This document shows positions 58,758 to 64,000 of a stretch of 64,000 nt of DNA, in pieces. The position numbers were made by a program, and so were the translations under genes. Source of the DNA: an uncultured Bacilli bacterium (lineage in GTDB: Bacteria; Bacillota_I; Bacilli_A; RF39; UBA660); the NCBI GenBank assembly GCA_964018915.1, contig CAXHRJ010000001.1, forward strand, positions 224,636 through 288,635, written 5' to 3'. Under the pieces are notes generated by a model. That model saw only the letters and a program-made list of their open reading frames with translations. It had not been told where the DNA came from and searched no databases. How positions within the stretch are numbered: position 1 is the first letter of the stretch; every line of letters starts with the position of its first letter.

Positions 58758-60374
58758 CTATTCTTTCGTATAAAATTGTTCACCAGTCTGATAAGAATAG
58801 TAAGAACCATTTATCATATAATAGTGATCAAACAAACTGACGCTGTTTCCACTGTTTTCGCCTATTTTATTACCATTAGAACTATTATAAAGTACTATCT
58901 TATCATCATAGATAAGCGCTAAAATATCGCCTTTCGTTTCCAATCTGCTCAAGGCTTTATAATTTTTAAATCCTTGTTCGATTTCTTGTTGATTCACCGT
59001 AAAAAGCTTATTGTTTCTACTTTCATCCATCCCTACATAAAAACTATTTACAACAGTGATAGAGCGATAATCCCTAGAAACTTTCTCTAATTTATCATTC
59101 ACTAAATAGTAGTTATTTGCCTTATTCGAAACAATTGCTCTTTCATTTGTATCCCAATCAGAAATTTGATGGAAAGAAGAAGAATTTTTCTCTCCAGTCT
59201 TGCTATAAAAGAAAATCCCACTATCTGTTCCAGTACACTCTCCATAAGTATAATTTTTTATAATATATCCATCTTTTATAGTTTTATCTACATTCACACA
59301 AGAAGAACGATATCTTTCTTTATTATCTACATAAAAAATAAGCCCTGTACCACTTTTTACAACATAATCTTTTTGATTATGATAACTTGCAATCAATTCT
59401 TCGCCTATAGAACCATCGGTATTTAAAAAATGATAAACATTATTATTGGCATTTTTACAAATAAAGTTTCCATCTTCCATAATCTCTAATGTACCACACA
59501 AAGATTTACTTACAGAATAAACTTCCTGATTGTCTTTCAGTGCCTTAATAATTTTGGTATTAGAAGAGCAACTAGACAATACTGTAGAATTTCCTTCATT
59601 TCCTGTAATACAATAAGAGCCTTCTGTTTCATATAACTTTTTGCCACTATCAATATTATATAAATATGTTTTTTTACTATCTATTAGAGTAACCAAACCA
59701 TGAATAACTTCTTGAGACTTAGAAAAATTACTACTATTATCCAGTTCCTCTAAAACGTCTCCCTTATAATTCATTACCTTAACTGTTTTACTGTCTCCAG
59801 TCGTCACAACAAAAAGACTAGAATCATCAAAACCAATTACCCTGATAGAATCTTCCTCTAACAACTTCTTCCCCTCATAATTTATCAATTTCATTTTAGA
59901 ACTATCACTAGATTTGATTAAAAAAAGAGTCTGATAGTCCGTAATAGTATCCTCTGTAAAATTTAATAAATAAGAACCATTCTCTTTTATAATCGCTACT
60001 TTTCCATCTTCCCGTTCAACTTTAGCTACTCCGCCATAAAATTCCCCAACATTATCAAATTGAAAATCAGTTAAACGCTTTCCATCTTCATTAAAAAGTG
60101 CATAGTATCCATCTCCATTAGGAAGAAAAAAAGCATTTGTATCTTTTAATAATTCGAATGTATATTTTCTATTTTTAGAAGAGGAAACTTTCCAAAAGAT
60201 AAAACCAACTAACAAAAGAAGAACAACTATCATAAAAATGATTAGCCATATTTTTTTCTTCTTTGGCTTAAAAACTTGATTATTCACCATACCCTGTGGA
60301 GGATAGTATCCATTTTGAGGAGGATAGTATCCATTTCCTGATGGCATATTGTAATATCCATATTGATTATTCAT
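58758..60374 (-). CDS. membrane-anchored WG-repeat protein with an N-terminal Tyr/Pro/Gly-rich tail (tandem NGYYPPQ)
   Basis: MNNQYGYYNMPSGNGYYPPQNGYYPPQG, then a TM helix, then WG-like repeats (GDGYYALFNEDGKRLTDFQFDNVGEFYGGVAKV...). The DNA carries a 21-nt tandem repeat at 60298..60340. Confidence 0.55.
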   Translation of the reverse strand: MNNQYGYYNMPSGNGYYPPQNGYYPPQGMVNNQVFKPKKKKIWLIIFMIVVLLLLVGFIFWKVSSSKNRKYTFELLKDTNAFFLPNGDGYYALFNEDGKRLTDFQFDNVGEFYGGVAKVEREDGKVAIIKENGSYLLNFTEDTITDYQTLFLIKSSDSSKMKLINYEGKKLLEEDSIRVIGFDDSSLFVVTTGDSKTVKVMNYKGDVLEELDNSSNFSKSQEVIHGLVTLIDSKKTYLYNIDSGKKLYETEGSYCITGNEGNSTVLSSCSSNTKIIKALKDNQEVYSVSKSLCGTLEIMEDGNFICKNANNNVYHFLNTDGSIGEELIASYHNQKDYVVKSGTGLIFYVDNKERYRSSCVNVDKTIKDGYIIKNYTYGECTGTDSGIFFYSKTGEKNSSSFHQISDWDTNERAIVSNKANNYYLVNDKLEKVSRDYRSITVVNSFYVGMDESRNNKLFTVNQQEIEQGFKNYKALSRLETKGDILALIYDDKIVLYNSSNGNKIGENSGNSVSLFDHYYMINGSYYSYQTGEQFYTKE

Positions 60375-60427
60375 ACCTCACAACCTTACATTATTATTAT
60401 AGCAAAAGAGACGGAATAAATCCATCT

Positions 60428-61222
60428 CTATATTCTAGCATTCATCAAATTACTAGAAGAATACCTTCTAAGACCTCTATAAAAAACAAAATAAGCAAGA
60501 ATTATCATAAAAATCATAAAAGCAAGAATTATTAACAATAGTTCTAATTGAAAAGAAATTAATACTTTAATAGGTATATAATTCACTAATCCAACAGGAA
60601 CTACTGTAAACAATAAAATCTTAACAAAGCCTTTAAAGATTCCATCTGGGTATGTTGCAAAATTGGTCATTAGTCCATTTCCAGTATCCGCTATCATGTC
60701 TGCTTTTTGAAACCAAAAACTAATACTTCCTAATAATACTGCAAAACTAGTTAACACAATTCCACCACTGATACAAAAGAATAGGAATAGAAAAAGTTGA
60801 GGAATCGTCAGACTAGCAACTAAACACATAATAAGACCATATAAAATATCTCCCAAAGCAGAAGTTTTAACATCAGAAGTAATAGCTGATAATAAAACAT
60901 TTTTAGGCTGTACTAAAAAGACATCCAATTTACCATCTGTTATCGTATCAGATAACGTATAGGCTTTTTCAAAAAAGAAATGTGATACACCATAAGAACC
61001 CGCTGCAATTCCCCATAAAAGCATCACTTCTTTAAATGCATATCCACCAACATTATCTTTAATAGAATAAAGAATAATCCATTGGATAATAAAACTGGCA
61101 TTATTTAAAACCATAAATACAATATTAGTAATAAAAGTAGTTTTATTAAGCATCTCTCTCATTAATGCATATTTTATATTCAGCAATGTTACTCTTGCTT
61201 GATTTCTAACCGCCGTTAACAT
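60428..61222 (-). CDS. ABC-2 family transporter permease
   Basis: Six TM helices. Overlaps the upstream permease gene. Confidence 0.6.
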   Translation of the reverse strand: MLTAVRNQARVTLLNIKYALMREMLNKTTFITNIVFMVLNNASFIIQWIILYSIKDNVGGYAFKEVMLLWGIAAGSYGVSHFFFEKAYTLSDTITDGKLDVFLVQPKNVLLSAITSDVKTSALGDILYGLIMCLVASLTIPQLFLFLFFCISGGIVLTSFAVLLGSISFWFQKADMIADTGNGLMTNFATYPDGIFKGFVKILLFTVVPVGLVNYIPIKVLISFQLELLLIILAFMIFMIILAYFVFYRGLRRYSSSNLMNARI

Positions 61223-61997
61223 TTAACCTTTTCACCCCTTTCTTATATAGAATAAAACAAATAATGTATACTACTAACAAATAAACAATTTGAATAGCAA
61301 GAACTTCTATAGCATACATAAAATCAAAATGTACAAATAATTTTGCTGGTCCATAGCAAATAGCAAATATAGGACTATAACTTAAAACTGGCCGCACGAT
61401 TTCTGGAAAAAACTCGATTGGAAATAATGTACCAATAATTAAAATAAATTTACTATATAACCAATAAAATGGTTGAGCATCTTCTATTTTGAAAGATAAC
61501 AAACCTATTGCTAATATTAATAAAGTACTGATTGTTAAAGCAAAAACAGAAGAAATAAACACACAAACAATAGACAAAATAGATAAATTAGGAAAATCTC
61601 CCAAAAATAACAAGCCCAAAGTAACTCCTAAAAATGCATAAATTACTGTTTTAATAACAATACTTCCTAAATGACTTGATAAAGCATAACCAATATAACT
61701 ATATGGTTTACAAAGATTATAAGCAATATTTCCGCTTTTTATATCATTGCAAATCTTTGTACATAGTTTTCTTCCTCCTAAACTGCTCCATAATATTTCT
61801 GTAAGAATAACATACCAAATCATCTCACTCATAGAATATCCATTAATTAGTTCATTAGGATTACTATATAAGTATTGCCATAATTGAAAAAATACAAACA
61901 TTATAACTGCATATCCTATAAAACCAAACACAATATTAAAAACATATTGTAAGCTACTCATAAATTCAGACTTAAAAATAAATAAATATTTTCTCAT
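61206..61997 (-). CDS. ABC-2 family transporter permease
   Basis: Six TM helices. Overlaps the ATPase gene by 4 nt. Confidence 0.6.
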   Translation of the reverse strand: MRKYLFIFKSEFMSSLQYVFNIVFGFIGYAVIMFVFFQLWQYLYSNPNELINGYSMSEMIWYVILTEILWSSLGGRKLCTKICNDIKSGNIAYNLCKPYSYIGYALSSHLGSIVIKTVIYAFLGVTLGLLFLGDFPNLSILSIVCVFISSVFALTISTLLILAIGLLSFKIEDAQPFYWLYSKFILIIGTLFPIEFFPEIVRPVLSYSPIFAICYGPAKLFVHFDFMYAIEVLAIQIVYLLVVYIICFILYKKGVKRLNVNGG

Positions 61998-62974
61998 TTG
62001 CCATCACCTTGATAGATATCACTAATAATATCCTCAAGTGGAATATTAGAAATATTAATATCTACAATATTGTCTGGATTTAATAGTTTTAAAGCATCTG
62101 CCACTGTACGTTTTTTTGTATCAACTTCTATTTTCAAATTATAACCTTTATCTTTTAATATGGTGATGCCATCTTCATCTTCCAAATTTACTTTTTCTTT
62201 CATTTTTGCTTCTACGACTTTTTTGTTTAAATAATGATATTTTAAATTCTCCATAGAATCATCTAATACTATTTTCCCATGATTTACAATTACTACTCGC
62301 TTGCAAAGTTTTTCAATATCTCCCACATCATGACTTGTTAAAAATACAGTTGTCTTATATTCCTTATTCATTCTTTTAATAAGTGAACGAATATTTTCCT
62401 TAACAACTGGATCTAGACCAATCGTTGGCTCATCTAAAAATAATATTTTAGGGTTATGTATTAAGGACGCTACAATCTCGCAACGAATACGCTGTCCTAA
62501 TGACAAATTACGAACTGGCGTATTCATAAATTCATCTAATTCAAATAGTTCTTTTAATTCTTCTATTTTCTTTTCTGCTACTTGTTCTGGAATATCATAA
62601 ATAGCTCCAAAGAATTTAAAATTATCATATGGAGTTAAATGGGTCCATAACTGTTCCTTTTGACCAAATACAGTTCCAATCTCATAAGATAATTTTTTTC
62701 TGTCTTTCTTAGGATCTAATCCTAAAATAGAAATTTCTCCACTATCTGGATAAAGAATTCCTGTAAGCATCTTGATAGTAGTACTTTTTCCTGCTCCATT
62801 TGGTCCTATAAAGGCTATCATTTCACCTTTTTCTACCTCAAAACTAATATCTTGTACTGCATCTATTCTTTTATAACTTGGTTTCCATAAACTTTTAAAG
62901 CTTCCTTTTAATCCTTTTTCTTTCTTTTTTACTTGAAACGTTTTAGAAAGACTTTTAACTTCTATAACACTCAT
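61994..62974 (-). CDS. ABC transporter ATP-binding protein with a C-terminal accessory (DUF4162-like) domain
   Basis: Walker A GPNGAGKST, signature LSLGQRIR, Walker B LFLDEPT. The start is the ATG at 62974 (MSVIEV) with GAGGTGA 5 nt upstream. The annotated ORF start at 62992 lacks an RBS. Confidence 0.85.
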   Translation of the reverse strand: MSVIEVKSLSKTFQVKKKEKGLKGSFKSLWKPSYKRIDAVQDISFEVEKGEMIAFIGPNGAGKSTTIKMLTGILYPDSGEISILGLDPKKDRKKLSYEIGTVFGQKEQLWTHLTPYDNFKFFGAIYDIPEQVAEKKIEELKELFELDEFMNTPVRNLSLGQRIRCEIVASLIHNPKILFLDEPTIGLDPVVKENIRSLIKRMNKEYKTTVFLTSHDVGDIEKLCKRVVIVNHGKIVLDDSMENLKYHYLNKKVVEAKMKEKVNLEDEDGITILKDKGYNLKIEVDTKKRTVADALKLLNPDNIVDINISNIPLEDIISDIYQGDGK

Positions 62975-63011
62975 CTTACTCACCTCTTTCATTATAACAA
63001 TGTTTTAGAAT

Positions 63012-63071
63012 TTAAAAAAGTCCAAAGGGCACAAGGCCACCACACTTGACAGTGACTCCCTCCATTTGGAC
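63012..63071 (-). terminator. terminator-like hairpin about 40 nt upstream of the ABC ATPase start
   Basis: On the minus strand, GTCCAAATGGAGGG...CCCTTTGGAC (7+3 bp stem around a large GC-rich loop) followed by TTTTTT. Immediately followed by an extended -10 TGTTATAAT (63000..62991). Confidence 0.45.
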
Positions 63072-63127
63072 GTGTAGAATTTTTTTAAATCCCTATGTAG
63101 CTTCGGTTAAACCTTATACATACTCAC
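63070..63127. repeat. direct repeat unit A (about 58 nt) in the ABC-transporter leader
   Basis: Shares the blocks ACGTGTAG, CCCTATGTAGC and TTATACATACTCACT with unit B, in the same order and orientation. Confidence 0.55.
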
Positions 63128-63163
63128 TAAAATATAAGTTGTCGTTAGTACCCTCAAAAGCAT

Positions 63164-63202
63164 AAAAAAACACAGAGCACTAATTAGTGACTCCGTGTTT
63201 TT
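63164..63202. terminator. bidirectional terminator between the two repeat units (terminates the upstream symporter gene)
   Basis: ACAC-A-GAGCAC(taatta)GTG-A-CTC-C-GTGT stem with T5 on the plus strand and A7/T7 on the minus strand. Confidence 0.5.
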
Positions 63203-63209
63203 AATAACA

Positions 63210-63263
63210 ACGTGTAGGTTTCCCCTATGTAGCTCAAAGAATTTCTTTTTATACATACTCACT
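63210..63263. repeat. direct repeat unit B (about 54 nt)
   Basis: ACGTGTAGgtttCCCCTATGTAGCtcaaagaatttctTTTTATACATACTCACT, a copy of unit A. Confidence 0.55.
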
Positions 63264-63298
63264 TGACGCCAATAATATATAACAAAATCTTCCTGTTG

Positions 63299-64000
63299 TC
63301 AAATTTGTCTTAACTCTTTCTCTTCTATTAGCTTTGATACCATCATTGCACTAGGAACATCTCCCACTACATTTAAAGCAGTTGCTGGAGAATCTATTAA
63401 CCAACCTATAGTAGCGATAATTGGAAAAGCTGCCAATGGAAAATCATATAAAGTTACAATTAATAACTCCCCTATTAAAGCTCCTCCTGGAACTCCTGAC
63501 ATAACAACTCCACTTAATACAGAGATTAATACCGCTATTAAAATAGAATCAATACTAGCAAAAGATTTTCCAAATATAGCAAATAAAAATGCTATCTTTA
63601 AAACAGATGCCATACTAGAACCTTCCATATGCATAGTAGCTCCTATTGGAAGGGTCACTTCCCTTACATCTTTTTCTATTCCTATTTTTTCCGCTGCCTC
63701 TAAATTAGCTGGTAAGGATGCTAAAGAAGAACAAGTTCCTAAAGCTGTAACAGTTGGCATAAATAATTTCTTTAAAGTTGGTCTCACACCTTTTTTTCCC
63801 TTTACTAAATAGATGTATAGTGGATAAAATATTCCAAAATATAAAAATGCCATTACCATATAGAAAATCATACTTTTTGCATAGCTGCCAATTAGTGATG
63901 GTCCATATTCATTCGTTAAGCAAGCAAAATAGGCAAATAATCCAATAGGAGCATAATACATAATAAGATTAATAAACTTCATAAAAACTTCTGCTGAAAT
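63299..64000 (-). CDS. dicarboxylate/amino acid:cation symporter (DAACS/SDF family), C-terminal part; the 5' end lies beyond the window
   Basis: GTCSSLASLPANLEAAEKIGIEKDVREVTLPIGATMHMEGSSMASV and LNVVGDVPSAMMV are typical of GltP/SstT-type symporters. Confidence 0.75.
   Translation of the reverse strand: MSAEVFMKFINLIMYYAPIGLFAYFACLTNEYGPSLIGSYAKSMIFYMVMAFLYFGIFYPLYIYLVKGKKGVRPTLKKLFMPTVTALGTCSSLASLPANLEAAEKIGIEKDVREVTLPIGATMHMEGSSMASVLKIAFLFAIFGKSFASIDSILIAVLISVLSGVVMSGVPGGALIGELLIVTLYDFPLAAFPIIATIGWLIDSPATALNVVGDVPSAMMVSKLIEEKELRQI

Noticed and set aside
59166-60535. Plus-strand ORFs of 86 aa and 79 aa
   Set aside because: Antisense to, or overlapping the start region of, the WG-repeat gene. 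No RBS. Low-complexity.
63020-63071. GC-rich 50-nt segment considered as a possible tRNA or other stable RNA
   Set aside because: No T-loop (GTTCRANYC) or acceptor-stem pairing. It folds instead as a single long hairpin with a U-tract, so it is called a terminator/attenuator-like element.
1-64000. CRISPR arrays, IS elements/transposases, integrases, prophage genes, rRNA/tRNA genes
   Set aside because: No spaced direct-repeat arrays, no transposase or integrase-like ORFs, and no GC-rich tRNA/rRNA-like segments were seen. The only repeats are the two 55-nt units at 63070..63263 and the 21-nt coding repeat at 60298..60340.

Overview
This is a low-GC (roughly 28-30% by eye) Firmicutes chromosomal segment, compactly packed, with almost every gene on the minus strand. 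The content is housekeeping genes interleaved with endospore-formation genes. In descending coordinate order (the direction of transcription) the main blocks are as follows. An ABC-2 exporter (ATPase plus two permeases) preceded by an unusual repeat and terminator-rich leader. obg. An orphan pseudopilin translationally coupled to a TrmH-family RNA methyltransferase, then rimM-trmD. A large multi-Big_2 surface protein. rpsB-tsf. yigZ (plus strand). A monocistronic radical-SAM/SPASM protein fused to MazG-like domains, which is the most unusual gene in the window. uvrC. A division and cell-wall cluster, murG-murB-divIB-ftsA-ftsZ, followed directly by spoIIGA-sigE (pro-sigma-E and its processing protease). 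An ABC-F ATPase. def with two tiny membrane-protein genes (plus strand). ftsW/spoVE. rpsO-pnp. A minimal sufC-sufD-sufS operon. mutL. proS (archaeal-type) with frr. cmk and a compact 582-aa alaS. queH. A YjjX-family NTPase. An OmpR-type two-component system. A second orphan pseudopilin overlapping tcdA. spoIIP. nusB-xseA-xseB. Two paralogous WG-repeat membrane proteins sit at 2679..4412 and 58758..60374. I could not recognise any rRNA, tRNA, CRISPR array, transposase, integrase or prophage gene. Many intergenic gaps contain clear rho-independent, often bidirectional, terminator hairpins. All functional calls come from reading the translated ORFs for conserved motifs and comparing them with family knowledge. 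No database search was possible.
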